Part shown: one piece after another, positions 1-8,760 of the stretch
Position numbering within the stretch: the stretch's first letter is position 1
Layout of the letters: each line of letters starts with the position of its first letter
Translations under genes and position numbers: made by a program
Source: an uncultured Alphaproteobacteria bacterium
GTDB lineage: Bacteria; Pseudomonadota; Alphaproteobacteria; Rhizobiales; Xanthobacteraceae
Length of the DNA stretch: 32,000 nucleotides
Assembly (NCBI GenBank): GCA_963802745.1
Contig: CAWDKL010000049.1
Coordinates: 155,247 to 187,246 of the forward strand
Reading direction: 5' to 3'
The notes under the pieces: model-generated
Told to the model about the DNA's origin: nothing
The model's database searches: none
Seen by the model: only the letters and a program-made list of their open reading frames with translations

Positions 1-2
1 CA

Positions 3-1028
3 GGTGGCCGTGCGCTGAGCTACCCGGCGGACCGCTGCGGCATTATCGCCGGCGCGATGGTCGCCTTTCGCGTCGCCTACCGCCTCGGCAGCGGCGAATT
101 GGTCATTCCGGCGCTGATCGCGCCCGAGCAGCCGGACCATGATTTCAAGCCAGACGGCACAATCGCGTTCCGCTTCGATTTCGGCGGCTTCCTGCCGCGC
201 CATGTCCTGCCCGCGCTTGCGGTCGAGTATTTCCAAGACATCGCGAAACTGAGCGGCCGCGAAATCATCTGGCAAAACGGCGTTCTGCTGCGCCCCCGCC
301 GCCATGATGCGGAAGCGCTCGTCCGCGCCGATTATCACACCCGTACGATCGATATCCTGGTCAAGGGAACAGACGCGCCGCTCTATCTCGGCACGCTGCG
401 CGACAGCATTCTCGCCACCCTCGAAAGCATGCCGCAACTCCCCTTCAAGGAAGAGGTCGAGTTGCGCCCGGATATGCGCACGACCGCGGTTGGACCGGCG
501 CGGCCGGGGGGCTCCGTTTGGATGCCTTACGAAATCATTCGAACGGCGCAACGCAGCGGTCTTACCTCCATTGCAGGGCCGGATGGCATCTACGCCATGG
601 ATCGCATCCTGGCGGCGATGCCGGTCCGGTCCGATCTGCGGGAGGCCGATGTCTTTTTGTCCTATTCCAGTAAGGATGGCCCGCAGATCCAGAGCCTTAG
701 CGACGAACTCGAAGGCAAGCGCATCTCCGTCTGGTACGACCAGGGCCTGATCGCCGGCCAGCCCTATCGCGATGTCTTGCGCCAGCGCATCGAGACGGTG
801 AAGGCCGTCGTGGTGCTTTGGACCGAAAACGCGATCGGGTCGAAATGGGTGACGGCGGAAGCCGCTCTCGCGGATCGGGAGAACAAGCTGATTTGCCTCC
901 GCGATCCAAAGCTCGATTCGGCACGCATCCCGATGCCGTTCGCCGCAAATCACCACATGGTGGAATTCGGCAAGCTGCCGGAGCTTTTGGAGGCCCTTGC
1001 GCTGAAAGGTGCGAAACCGCGGATTTGA
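3..1028 (+). CDS. COR-like / TIR-domain protein, 5'-truncated by the window edge (probable C-terminal part of a Roc-COR/ROCO-type protein)
   Basis: The frame is open from nt 3, with no stop before the ATG at 57, so the gene probably begins upstream. The N-terminal ~140 aa resemble COR domains (FRFDFGGFLPRHVLPALAVEYFQDI, IIWQNGVLL, ALVRADYHTRTIDILVKG). Residues ~198-300 are a TIR domain (DVFLSYSSKD...VVVLWTENAIGSKWVTAEAALA). The candidate catalytic Glu codon is GAA at 858-860. Confidence 0.8.
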   Translation, partial: GGRALSYPADRCGIIAGAMVAFRVAYRLGSGELVIPALIAPEQPDHDFKPDGTIAFRFDFGGFLPRHVLPALAVEYFQDIAKLSGREIIWQNGVLLRPRRHDAEALVRADYHTRTIDILVKGTDAPLYLGTLRDSILATLESMPQLPFKEEVELRPDMRTTAVGPARPGGSVWMPYEIIRTAQRSGLTSIAGPDGIYAMDRILAAMPVRSDLREADVFLSYSSKDGPQIQSLSDELEGKRISVWYDQGLIAGQPYRDVLRQRIETVKAVVVLWTENAIGSKWVTAEAALADRENKLICLRDPKLDSARIPMPFAANHHMVEFGKLPELLEALALKGAKPRI

Positions 1029-1063
1029 TGCGGAGTTCTCGCCGGCGCCGGAAGCTTCTCCGA

Positions 1064-1174
1064 CCTCATCCTGAGGAGCATCGCGGAGCGATGCGTCTCG
1101 AAGGATGGCAGCAAGTCAGTGCCGTGCATCCATCCTTCGAGGCGCGCGCCTGCGGCGCGCTCCTCAGGATGAGG
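1064..1174. repeat. Large imperfect palindromic REP-like element (two ~45-nt arms, ~21-nt spacer)
   Basis: cctcatcctgaggagcatcgcggagcgatgcgtctcgaaggatgg ... ccatccttcgaggcgcgcgcctgcggcgcgctcctcaggatgagg. The arms are near reverse complements. It lies in the intergenic gap after the TIR gene. Confidence 0.7.
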
Positions 1175-1270
1175 CTGAAGGTCGAAGCGTTCATTTCTGG
1201 ACCACCGCGGATGCAGCCGAGACCGGGGAGGTGCTATACTGGCCGCAAACACGCCAGACGAGGATCGCTC

Positions 1271-2161
1271 ATGACCGCACCGCCCATCGTTCCGCCTGCC
1301 GCCATTGCGGTGATCGGCCTCGGCAATATGGGGGTTCCGATGGGGGCCTGCCTGATCAAGGCCGGCTTTGCGGTGACCGGGTTCGACCTGTCCGAAACCG
1401 CGCGGGCGAATTTTGTGGCGGCCGGCGGGCGCTGCGCCATCGACGCGGCGCAGGCGGTCGCCTCCGCCGATGTGGTGATCACGCTGCTGCCGAACGGCAA
1501 GATCGTTCGCCAAGCCATTGATGGCTTTCGCCCCAACCTCAAGCCCGGCGCGATCCTGTTGGAGATGAGTTCGTCCGACCCGATCGGCACCCGCCAGCTC
1601 GGAGAAGACCTGATCGCCGCCGGCTTCCCGTTTGTCGATGCGCCGGTGTCGGGCGGGGTCAAGCGCGCGGTGAACGGCACGCTTGCCATCATGGTCGGCG
1701 GCAACGCCGCCACCATCGACCGCATCGCCGCGTTGCTTGCCGCCATGGGCACGTCGATCTTCCGCACCGGCGCGCTCGGTTCCGGCCACGCCATGAAGGC
1801 ACTCAACAATTACGTCTCCGCGGCCGGACTGGTAGCGGCGGTCGAGGCGCTGCGGATCGGGCGCAAGTTCGGGCTCGACCCCATGCTGATGACGGATATC
1901 CTCAACGTCTCGTCGGGCAAGAACAACTCCACGGAAGTGAAACTCAAGCAGTTCATCATTTCGGAAACGTTTGCCGACGGTTTTCCGCTGCGGCTGATGG
2001 CCAAGGACGTGCGCACCGCCGACGATATGGCGCACGCGCTCGGCATTCCGACGCCGCTCGCCGACCTGTGCGCGCAATTGTGGGAAGCCGCCGCCGAGAG
2101 CCTGGACCCACGGGCCAATCACACCGAAGTGCTGCGCTATTTGGAGGGGCTCGGCGGGTGA
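1271..2161 (+). CDS. NAD(P)-dependent oxidoreductase, 3-hydroxyisobutyrate dehydrogenase (beta-hydroxyacid dehydrogenase) family
   Basis: 296 aa. Rossmann motif IAVIGLGNMGVPMG near the N-terminus. Family motifs FVDAPVSGG and GSGHAMKALNN are present. ATG 1271 is preceded by gaggat. The longer ORF from 818 overlaps the TIR gene and a repeat. Confidence 0.9.
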   Translation: MTAPPIVPPAAIAVIGLGNMGVPMGACLIKAGFAVTGFDLSETARANFVAAGGRCAIDAAQAVASADVVITLLPNGKIVRQAIDGFRPNLKPGAILLEMSSSDPIGTRQLGEDLIAAGFPFVDAPVSGGVKRAVNGTLAIMVGGNAATIDRIAALLAAMGTSIFRTGALGSGHAMKALNNYVSAAGLVAAVEALRIGRKFGLDPMLMTDILNVSSGKNNSTEVKLKQFIISETFADGFPLRLMAKDVRTADDMAHALGIPTPLADLCAQLWEAAAESLDPRANHTEVLRYLEGLGG

Positions 2162-2250
2162 GACCTCCTCCATCAACGATCTTCGATTTTCCGGAGGCGA
2201 TTTGGTGTATTCTTGGTTTCAACACATCTTGAATCCGAGGGAGCGAAACA

Positions 2251-2679
2251 ATGATAACCGTACAACAATTGCTCGCCCAGAATGTCAGGCCGGTTTGCGC
2301 GATTGCCCCGGACGCGACCGTTTTCGATGCCATCGCGAAAATGGCCGAACAGGACATCGGATCGCTGCTGGTGATGGAGGGGGACAAACTGGTCGGCATC
2401 ATCACGGAGCGGCACTATGCGCGTAACGTGATGCTCAAGGGCAAGGCGTCGCCGACGACGCCGGTGCGGGACATCATGGAGCGGCGCGTCGTCTGCGCCC
2501 GCCCGGACCAAACCGTCGAGCAATGCATGGCCCTCATGAGCGAAAAGCGGGTCCGCCATTTGCCGGTGCTCGAAGAAAAAAAGGTGATCGGCATCGTGTC
2601 GATCGGCGATCTCGTCAAAAGCATCATCAGCGATCAGCAATTCATCATCGACCAGCTCGTGCACCATATCCACGGATAG
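2251..2679 (+). CDS. CBS-pair domain protein
   Basis: 142 aa with two CBS repeats (VGIITERHY..., RHLPVLEEKKVIGIVSIGDLV). gggagcgaaaca precedes the ATG. Confidence 0.9.
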   Translation: MITVQQLLAQNVRPVCAIAPDATVFDAIAKMAEQDIGSLLVMEGDKLVGIITERHYARNVMLKGKASPTTPVRDIMERRVVCARPDQTVEQCMALMSEKRVRHLPVLEEKKVIGIVSIGDLVKSIISDQQFIIDQLVHHIHG

Positions 2680-2731
2680 CGAGACGGCAGGGTAAAGCCG
2701 ATATCGTTCACTTGGCCGGGGATGCGCGTCC

Positions 2732-2766
2732 CCTATCCCACGGCGTTCTTCACGCCGTGGGATAGG
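2732..2766 (+). terminator. Perfect 15-bp stem / 5-nt loop hairpin downstream of the CBS gene (no U-tract)
   Basis: cctatcccacggcgt-tcttc-acgccgtgggatagg. It could be a terminator or a repeat/IS-end remnant. Confidence 0.35.
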
Positions 2767-2959
2767 TAGCCGACGAGCGGTTCGGTTGGGTAACCGGCCG
2801 GATCGAAGCCTCGTGATCGAGGCCGCCTTGGGCGGTCGAGCAATCCGACGGGCCGTAACGTGAGTAAGCCTGAGCAGGCCTCGAGCGGCGCTGCGACGCC
2901 ATCATGCCGAGGGCCTGGCGCTCCATGCGGCGCAACCCCGCTCATGCGTGCGCAGCCCT

Positions 2960-3276
2960 AACTGCAAGCGCACGGCGCGTGGCCGCAAGCCACGCGGGGT
3001 CGGCCATCTCTGCTATTGCGTCTGAGCATCCGCAAGGCGAGGTGCCGCGCTTCCTCTCCGATCTCACCGTGCCGTTCACCAACAACGTGGCCGGCAGGCC
3101 GTCCGCAGAATGTAGCTCGCCAGAAAATCTCCGGCGGCTTCCGATCCGCCGCCGGGGCCGCCGACTTCGCCGTAATCCGATCGCTCCTCGCCACGGCGAG
3201 ACAGCAGCGTTGGAAGATGCTCGAAACCCTCGCCGCCGACCCCAAGCGGCTGCTCGCCGACCTCAAGAGCGCATGA
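2960..3276 (+). pseudogene. IS66-family transposase, C-terminal fragment with frameshift
   Basis: The frame of ORF 2904 gives ...FLSDLTVPFTNNVAG. The frame of ORF 3016 continues ...RQKISGGFRSAAGAADFAVIRSLLATARQQRWKMLETL. Together these match the conserved IS66 C-terminal block (VPFTNNxAER...KISGGFRS...GAxxFxxIRS). No N-terminal part is present. Confidence 0.7.
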
Positions 3277-3342
3277 TACGGTCCGACAGACCTGGTAGTT
3301 ACCAGCATTGGAGCTAACCGCCCTCACCGTGAGAGAGACGAC

Positions 3343-4557
3343 ATGGCGCGTATCAACGGCCAGCGACTGATCGACGATTTGCGGGAACTCGCGCAAATCG
3401 GGGCCTACCAGACCGGCGTCGATCGTCCGGCCCTGTCGCCCAAGGATATCGAGGCGCGCCGCTGGCTGGTGGGCAAGCTGTGCCGGGCCGGCCTCGACGC
3501 GTCCATGGACCGGGTCGGCAATGTGCTCGGCCGCAGCCCCAACGTTGCGACGGCGATCCTCATCGGCTCCCATACCGACACGGTTCCGCGCGGCGGCTGG
3601 CTCGATGGGGCGCTCGGGGTCGGCTATGCGCTGGAGATCGCCCGCAGTGCCCTGGAGGCCGGAGAAACCGGCGCGCCCAGTATCGACGTCATCTCGTTCC
3701 AGGACGAGGAAGGAACGTTTCTGCCGTTTCTCGGCAGCCTTTCGTTTTTTGACGACCTCGCCGCAGCGGACGTCGCCGCCGCCAAATCGAAGGACGGCCA
3801 TTCGCTCAGCGCCGCGCTGGAGAGCATCGCGGCCGAGCCGGCGCCGCTGCGGTTCGATGCCGGGCGGCAGCTCTGCTACATTGAGGCCCATATCGAGCAG
3901 GGGCCGCGCATGGAAGCGGCGGGCCGGCGAATCGGCGTCGTCACCGCGCTGGTCGGGATCCGGCGCTTCCATATTCGCAGCCATGGCGCCGCCAACCATG
4001 CCGGCACCACCCCGATGACGATGCGCCGCGACGCCGGCGCCGCCCTGATCGACCTTGCCGCCGCGCTCAACTGCGAATTCCGCCGCGTTGCATCCGCAGA
4101 CACGGTGTGGAACATCGGCGCGATGCGGTTCCACCCCGGTGCCGCCAATGTAGTTCCGGGCGAGGCCGAGATGATGCTGGAACTGCGCGACACCGATGCG
4201 GCGGCGATGGACCGGCTGGAAGAACGCGTCATGGCGCTCGTCGCCGCCGCCAATCGCGGGCCGGTGGCGATCGCTATCGAGCCGACGGTGCGGATTGCCC
4301 CGACCGCGCTGAGCGAACGCCTTGGCGCCACCATCGCGGCGGCCGCCACGGCACGGGGCGAAACCCCGGTGCACCTGCCGAGCGGCGCCGGCCACGACGC
4401 CATGATCGCGGCGCGGTTCCTTCCCTCCGCGATGATGTTCATCCCGTCGATCGGCGGCATCAGCCACAACATTCAGGAGAACACGTCGGACGCCGATATC
4501 ATCTTCGGCTGCGAAGTGCTGGCCGACGCCGTGGCGCGGCTGCGGCGGCAGACGTAA
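3343..4557 (+). CDS. Zn-dependent M20-family amidohydrolase (allantoate amidohydrolase / N-carbamoyl-L-amino-acid hydrolase type)
   Basis: 404 aa. Motifs: GSHTDTVPRGGWLDGALGV, ISFQDEEG, IEAHIEQGP, NHAGTTPM, SGAGHDAM. Confidence 0.9.
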   Translation: MARINGQRLIDDLRELAQIGAYQTGVDRPALSPKDIEARRWLVGKLCRAGLDASMDRVGNVLGRSPNVATAILIGSHTDTVPRGGWLDGALGVGYALEIARSALEAGETGAPSIDVISFQDEEGTFLPFLGSLSFFDDLAAADVAAAKSKDGHSLSAALESIAAEPAPLRFDAGRQLCYIEAHIEQGPRMEAAGRRIGVVTALVGIRRFHIRSHGAANHAGTTPMTMRRDAGAALIDLAAALNCEFRRVASADTVWNIGAMRFHPGAANVVPGEAEMMLELRDTDAAAMDRLEERVMALVAAANRGPVAIAIEPTVRIAPTALSERLGATIAAAATARGETPVHLPSGAGHDAMIAARFLPSAMMFIPSIGGISHNIQENTSDADIIFGCEVLADAVARLRRQT

Positions 4558-4624
4558 CGCCCCTTCTTCAAGCTGCAACGCCTGGCTTGAAGGGCAGCCG
4601 GGCACCTCATCGATAGGACACCCC

Positions 4625-5311
4625 ATGGCGTGGTTGACGCCGATTGATCTCTATTGCGAGCGCACCGACGCGTCGTTCTGGGCCGAGCCCGCCAACGCAC
4701 TGACCAACGCGGCATTCCTGGTCGCCGCCTTGGCGGCCTTGGCACTGTGGCGCCGCTGTGCGCGTCCAGGCGCGCCTGACTGGCCGGCGCTGGCACTTAT
4801 TGTCGTGGTGGGCGCGGTCGGCGCCGGCTCGTTTACGTTCCATACCGTGGCAACGAGTGGCGCCATGCTGGCGGACGTGATTCCGATCGCGGCCTTCATT
4901 TATGGCTACCTGCTGCTGGCCTTGCGGCGATTTCTGCATCTCGGCGCGACCATCGCGGTCGCGATCGTGGTGGCCTACGCGGCCGCTGCGGTGGGGCTGA
5001 CCGGGTTGGTGCCGGCCGGCGCTCTCAACGGTTCGGTCGGCTATGTGCCGGCGCTGGTTGCCCTGATCGCGATGGCGTGGGCAACGCGAGGAATGGGGTC
5101 AATTCCGCGCGATCTGACGTGGGCAGCGGGGATCTTCACGCTGTCGCTCGCGCTGCGCGCAATCGATGCGGCGGTCTGCGACACGATTCCGCTCGGCACC
5201 CATTTTCTGTGGCACATTCTCAATGCCGTCGTGCTCTACACGCTGCTGCGCACCGCGATCCTGGCGGGCCCCGCCGGTGAACGGAACGCGCGGCCGACCC
5301 ATGCGTTATAA
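4625..5311 (+). CDS. Polytopic membrane protein, ceramidase-domain-like family
   Basis: 228 aa with about 7 hydrophobic segments. The N-terminus IDLYCERTDASFWAEPANALTNAAFL resembles bacterial ceramidase-domain proteins. The family call is from memory. Confidence 0.7.
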   Translation: MAWLTPIDLYCERTDASFWAEPANALTNAAFLVAALAALALWRRCARPGAPDWPALALIVVVGAVGAGSFTFHTVATSGAMLADVIPIAAFIYGYLLLALRRFLHLGATIAVAIVVAYAAAAVGLTGLVPAGALNGSVGYVPALVALIAMAWATRGMGSIPRDLTWAAGIFTLSLALRAIDAAVCDTIPLGTHFLWHILNAVVLYTLLRTAILAGPAGERNARPTHAL

Positions 5312-5401
5312 ATAGGAGATTGCCGCGTTGCATTTGACCAGCGGTCAGCGACCGGGGCACCTCCATCCGGCCGGTCTTTGTCCACGTGATCCGTGATCAA
5401 A

Positions 5402-5797
5402 TTACCGGAATGGGTTCGCGATGCGAAGGCGCTCATCGATGACGAGACCGTGTTGCATATCTTCCGACCACAGAATGCTGCATTCGGCGCGAACCGCGGA
5501 GGCTATCATGAGAGCGTCGAAAATGGCATATCCGTAACGCCGAGCAATTCGGATCGCTTCGACGTGTGTTTCCACATCGATCGGAACGATGGCAGTGCAT
5601 ACCGCACGGATCGCCGTGACGGCATCATGCAACTCCTCCCATGTCATGTGCAGTTTGCGCCTTGCCACATTGGTAAATTCATTGAGACCCTGGACGCTGA
5701 TGATACAGCCGCGTTCCAGCATGGCTTGCGCAGCGGCGGCGCGCACATCATCGGTGAAAGCGTAAACCAAAACGTTGCTGTCCAGGAACTCGGCCAT
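5402..5797 (-). CDS. vapC: Type II toxin, PIN-domain ribonuclease VapC
   Basis: 131 aa. It has the N-terminal acidic motif FLDSNVLVY and a later D (FDALMIASA). It lies directly downstream of an AbrB-type antitoxin gene. Confidence 0.9.
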   Translation of the reverse strand: MAEFLDSNVLVYAFTDDVRAAAAQAMLERGCIISVQGLNEFTNVARRKLHMTWEELHDAVTAIRAVCTAIVPIDVETHVEAIRIARRYGYAIFDALMIASAVRAECSILWSEDMQHGLVIDERLRIANPFR

Positions 5798-5821
5798 TTT
5801 TGGATTTTACGATTCCACGAT

Positions 5822-6052
5822 TTACCTGGAATTCGCTTCCTCGCGGTCGAATTTCCAGTCCGCCGGAAGCGGCTTGCGAAAGGCACGAATGCGCTCCAAT
5901 GCGCGCTCGCGAGCCCGATCGTGCGCGATGTAGAAGGTGCGTTCATCCATGACATGGACTTCGACTTGATCGCCTTCTTTGAGCTGCAACGCTTCGACAA
6001 TGGCCGCGGGAATGCGGATCGCAAGGCTATTACCCCATTTCGCGACTTGCAT
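5822..6052 (-). CDS. vapB: AbrB/MazE/SpoVT-type antitoxin (VapB)
   Basis: 76 aa. MQVAKWGNSLAIRIPAAIVEAL is the looped-hinge-helix signature. ATG 6052 is preceded by ggagg. The longer track ORF from 6145 is unlikely. Confidence 0.85.
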   Translation of the reverse strand: MQVAKWGNSLAIRIPAAIVEALQLKEGDQVEVHVMDERTFYIAHDRARERALERIRAFRKPLPADWKFDREEANSR

Positions 6053-6204
6053 GACTACACCTCCAATGATATACGAAATCGGTAGTATATTTATCCATCT
6101 CAATAGGTCAAGCTGCACGTCGATCCGCCGCCGATGCCGAACCACGGAGCGCGGCGCAAACGAGCGGTGCCATCAGGCCCATGATCGGCGGCTCCGTGCT
6201 CTGC

Positions 6205-6732
6205 CTAACCGTGGTCGTCCGGCCCGGCGATCCGGTCCATCCAGGCGAGCAGCACGCCGACCAGCGGGATGCTCAGGGTAATGCCGATTCGCAGCGCCGC
6301 ATCCGAGACGGCTACGTCATCGATATGCACGAAGGTTTCGAGCAGCTGAATGACCGCGATGGCCGCCGCCGACGCGATCACTTTGAGCTTGACCGCATTG
6401 AAGCCGACGCCGCGCAGGCCGTTCGGCCGGTCCGCCGCATCGAGATGCCGCAAGGGGGAAACAAAGTTCTCCCAGGCGGCGAACATCACCATGATCACCA
6501 GATTGGCGACCAGGACCAGGTCGATCAGCGTCAGGGCGGTCAGGATCGCCTCGTTCGACGTCATCGAGAACATGCCGGGAAGCGCGGCGAACAGCTTGTC
6601 GGCAAACTTGACCCCGATGATGCACAGCGCGCCGAACAAGCCGATATAGATCGGCGCCGCGATCCAGCGGGTCGCGAACATCAGGCGGTCGGTACCCCGG
6701 CGGATATTCAGCTTGGTCAACTCGGAAACCAT
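6205..6732 (-). CDS. YqhA/UPF0114-family inner-membrane protein
   Basis: 175 aa. Strong similarity to E. coli YqhA (SRWLLAPVY / MVMFSGYENFVS versus TRWIAAPIY / MVMFAAWENFVS). Confidence 0.85.
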   Translation of the reverse strand: MVSELTKLNIRRGTDRLMFATRWIAAPIYIGLFGALCIIGVKFADKLFAALPGMFSMTSNEAILTALTLIDLVLVANLVIMVMFAAWENFVSPLRHLDAADRPNGLRGVGFNAVKLKVIASAAAIAVIQLLETFVHIDDVAVSDAALRIGITLSIPLVGVLLAWMDRIAGPDDHG

Positions 6733-6790
6733 TTCGTTACCTTCAAAAGCGGACGGAGACCGCTCGCCAACTCACGGACTTAGGATGACT

Positions 6791-6883
6791 CGTCATGCCG
6801 GCGTTCGTCGCCCGCATTCACGCATTGCTTTCAGCCGTTCTGCGAGCAATGCGTGAACGGCCGGGACAAGCCCGGCCATGACG
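6791..6883. repeat. Palindromic REP-like element, 'gacaagcccggccatgac' family, core only
   Basis: cgtcatgccggcgttcgtcgcccgcattcacgcattgc ... gcaatgcgtgaacggccgggacaagcccggccatgacg. It belongs to the same family as the cores at 16039-16129 and 17364-17454. Confidence 0.7.
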
Positions 6884-6916
6884 GTGGAGATGGTTCTCCT
6901 TCATCGCAAATTGGTA

Positions 6917-8131
6917 TCACATCCCGCCATAAAGCCAGGCCATGCCGTCATAGGCTTGCTGCGCCGTGCGCCCGTGCAAGGCATTGTAGCGCAGTTCCGC
7001 CGTGACGCCGCTGGCGTGATAGAATTCGCCGTAAATGCGCGCCGTGATTTGCACCCGCCCGGTGCGCAGATAGCGCTGCTGCTCGTAAGCCTTGAAGGCG
7101 CCAGGAATGTCGCCGGGCATTCCCGCGACTTTCTCGGCGAGGCAGACGGCGTCTTCACTCGCCATGCAGGCGCCCTGAGCGAGATATTGCAGCATCGGGT
7201 GGGCGGCATCGCCAAGCAGCGTGACACGGCCCCTGGACCAGTCCTTCACCGGATCGCGGTCGCACAGCACCCACATGCGCCAGGTCTCGATGCGCTCCAA
7301 AAGCCGCAGTACCTCGGGGCGCTGGCCGGCGAACCGCTTCCAAAGTTCGTCCTTGGCGCCCTCGGTATTCCAGCCCTCCACATAGCGGTCGGAGTGAAAT
7401 ACCGCGACGAGGTTGTACAGCGTGCCGCGCCGCAACGGGTAATGCACAAAATGGGTTTTCGGCCCTGCCCAGAGCATCACCTCGGGCCGCCACAAATCGT
7501 CCGGTACCTGCTCGCGCGGCAGCACCGCACGGTAGGCGATATGCCCGGAAACTCGCGGCGCGCCGTCGCCGACGATTTTGGCCCGGATGCGCGACCACAT
7601 GCCGTCGCAGCCGACGAGCGCGCAGCCGCGCACCGTCTCGCCGCCTTCGAGCCGCAACGAAACCGTATCGCCGTCGTCGTTGAAATCCTCGACCTTGCGG
7701 TTGTTCTCCAGCGAAACCAGATTGTTGCCCTGGCAGGCGCGCAGATAGACACCATGAATATCGGCCCGATGCGTCACCGCATAAGGCTGGCCGAAGTGCT
7801 GGCGGAACGGCTCGCCCAGCGGCACGCCGGTGATCGGCTCGCCGGTCAGCGCGTCGCGCATTTCGAGCGCCGGCGGCACCCACGCATCCGCCAGCATATC
7901 GGCCTTGAGCCCGATGCGCTCGATGGCGCGAAAAATGTTCGGCCCAAGCTGGATGCCGGCGCCCAGCTCCTTGAATTCCGCCGCCTGCTCGAACACCCGC
8001 ACCGGAAAGCCTTGGCGCGCCAGCGCATAAGCTGTCACCAGCCCGCCGATGCCGCCGCCGGCGATGAGGAAGGGCAGTTGCTGCCCTTTCGCATGTTGTC
8101 CTGTGGCGGCGTTTCCATTGGGCTGGGCCAT
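6917..8131 (-). CDS. FAD-dependent aromatic monooxygenase, 3-hydroxybenzoate 6-hydroxylase / salicylate hydroxylase-like
   Basis: 404 aa. Motifs: GGGIGGL dinucleotide fold, CDGMWSRIR, LLGDAAHPMLQYLAQGACMASEDA. The substrate assignment is inferred only. Confidence 0.85.
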   Translation of the reverse strand: MAQPNGNAATGQHAKGQQLPFLIAGGGIGGLVTAYALARQGFPVRVFEQAAEFKELGAGIQLGPNIFRAIERIGLKADMLADAWVPPALEMRDALTGEPITGVPLGEPFRQHFGQPYAVTHRADIHGVYLRACQGNNLVSLENNRKVEDFNDDGDTVSLRLEGGETVRGCALVGCDGMWSRIRAKIVGDGAPRVSGHIAYRAVLPREQVPDDLWRPEVMLWAGPKTHFVHYPLRRGTLYNLVAVFHSDRYVEGWNTEGAKDELWKRFAGQRPEVLRLLERIETWRMWVLCDRDPVKDWSRGRVTLLGDAAHPMLQYLAQGACMASEDAVCLAEKVAGMPGDIPGAFKAYEQQRYLRTGRVQITARIYGEFYHASGVTAELRYNALHGRTAQQAYDGMAWLYGGM

Positions 8132-8349
8132 GCCTGTGCTCCCGAAGCGTGGATCGTTGCACCGACCATAGCGGTGCCTGGGCGGGTTTTGTAGCCGCTA
8201 TTGCGGCTGACGTTGCGGCCGCGCCGGGGGCAAACCTCCAGAAGGCGCGTCTGGCGCTTTACTTCCGTCGTCGCGATCCCTCGGCCCGAGGGTGCGGTAC
8301 CGCGGACGTCGCCCGTGCGGGCTGGCAGGCGCGCGAGCGGCGCACTGCC

Positions 8350-8760
8350 TTAATTAATCCGGGTGATCAACGGCAGTTTCGGAAAATACGTGCGATAGCG
8401 GATCGCATCGCGCGTCAGCAATTGATAGCCGGCGACCGCGGCGTGGGCACCGATAAAGAAATCGGGTAGCGGCGATCGTTTCGTGCCCTCGCGCCGACGA
8501 TAAAGCAGAAACGCCTTCCCGGCCAGAAAGGCGGCCTGATATGGGATTGCCTCCCGGTCGAACATGGCTTTCGGCAGCGCCGCGTCCAGGTCTTCGATTT
8601 GCGAATAACGAACCGAAACCTCGCCGTAGATGATCGGATTGATGACGAGGCGAAACCGCTCCGCTACGCGTGCCACGGCCGCGGCCGACCACGCGAACCA
8701 GCGCGGATCTTCCGTCATCAGGTCGAGCAGCACGTTGCTGTCGATCAGGACGGCGGTCAT
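8350..8760 (-). CDS. vapC: Type II toxin, PIN-domain VapC
   Basis: 136 aa. Motifs VLIDSNVLLDL and DFFIGAHAAVAGYQLLTRD. Its start codon abuts the antitoxin stop codon. Confidence 0.9.
   Translation of the reverse strand: MTAVLIDSNVLLDLMTEDPRWFAWSAAAVARVAERFRLVINPIIYGEVSVRYSQIEDLDAALPKAMFDREAIPYQAAFLAGKAFLLYRRREGTKRSPLPDFFIGAHAAVAGYQLLTRDAIRYRTYFPKLPLITRIN

Noticed and set aside
2770-2960. Possible group II intron pieces (a GTGCG pentamer at ~2946 and a segment faintly resembling domain V at ~2850-2885).
   Set aside because: I could not fold a convincing 34-nt domain V hairpin with the AGC triad. There is no reverse-transcriptase ORF, and an IS66 fragment follows directly. The resemblance is too weak.
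3076-4626. 516-aa ORF antisense to the amidohydrolase gene. Similar long antisense or shadow ORFs occur at 950-2176(-), 6878-8194(+), 7155-8162(-), 11730-13907(+), 12688-13809(-), 19069-20043(-), 23916-24611(-) and 29993-30730(-).
   Set aside because: Their translations are Arg/Ala/Gly/Pro-rich and low-complexity, with no recognisable motifs. Each overlaps a gene with clear family signatures. They are typical stop-codon-poor shadow frames of high-GC DNA.
5283-5307. Sixth exact GGAAC-N16-CGTT match on the plus strand, overlapping the last codons of the ceramidase-like gene.
   Set aside because: No co-oriented gene follows. The next 800 bp on this strand are antisense to the vapBC pair, and only a 22-codon TTG ORF is available. 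About 0.5 exact matches are expected by chance per window, so this one is best treated as the background hit. An antisense RNA against vapC cannot be excluded.
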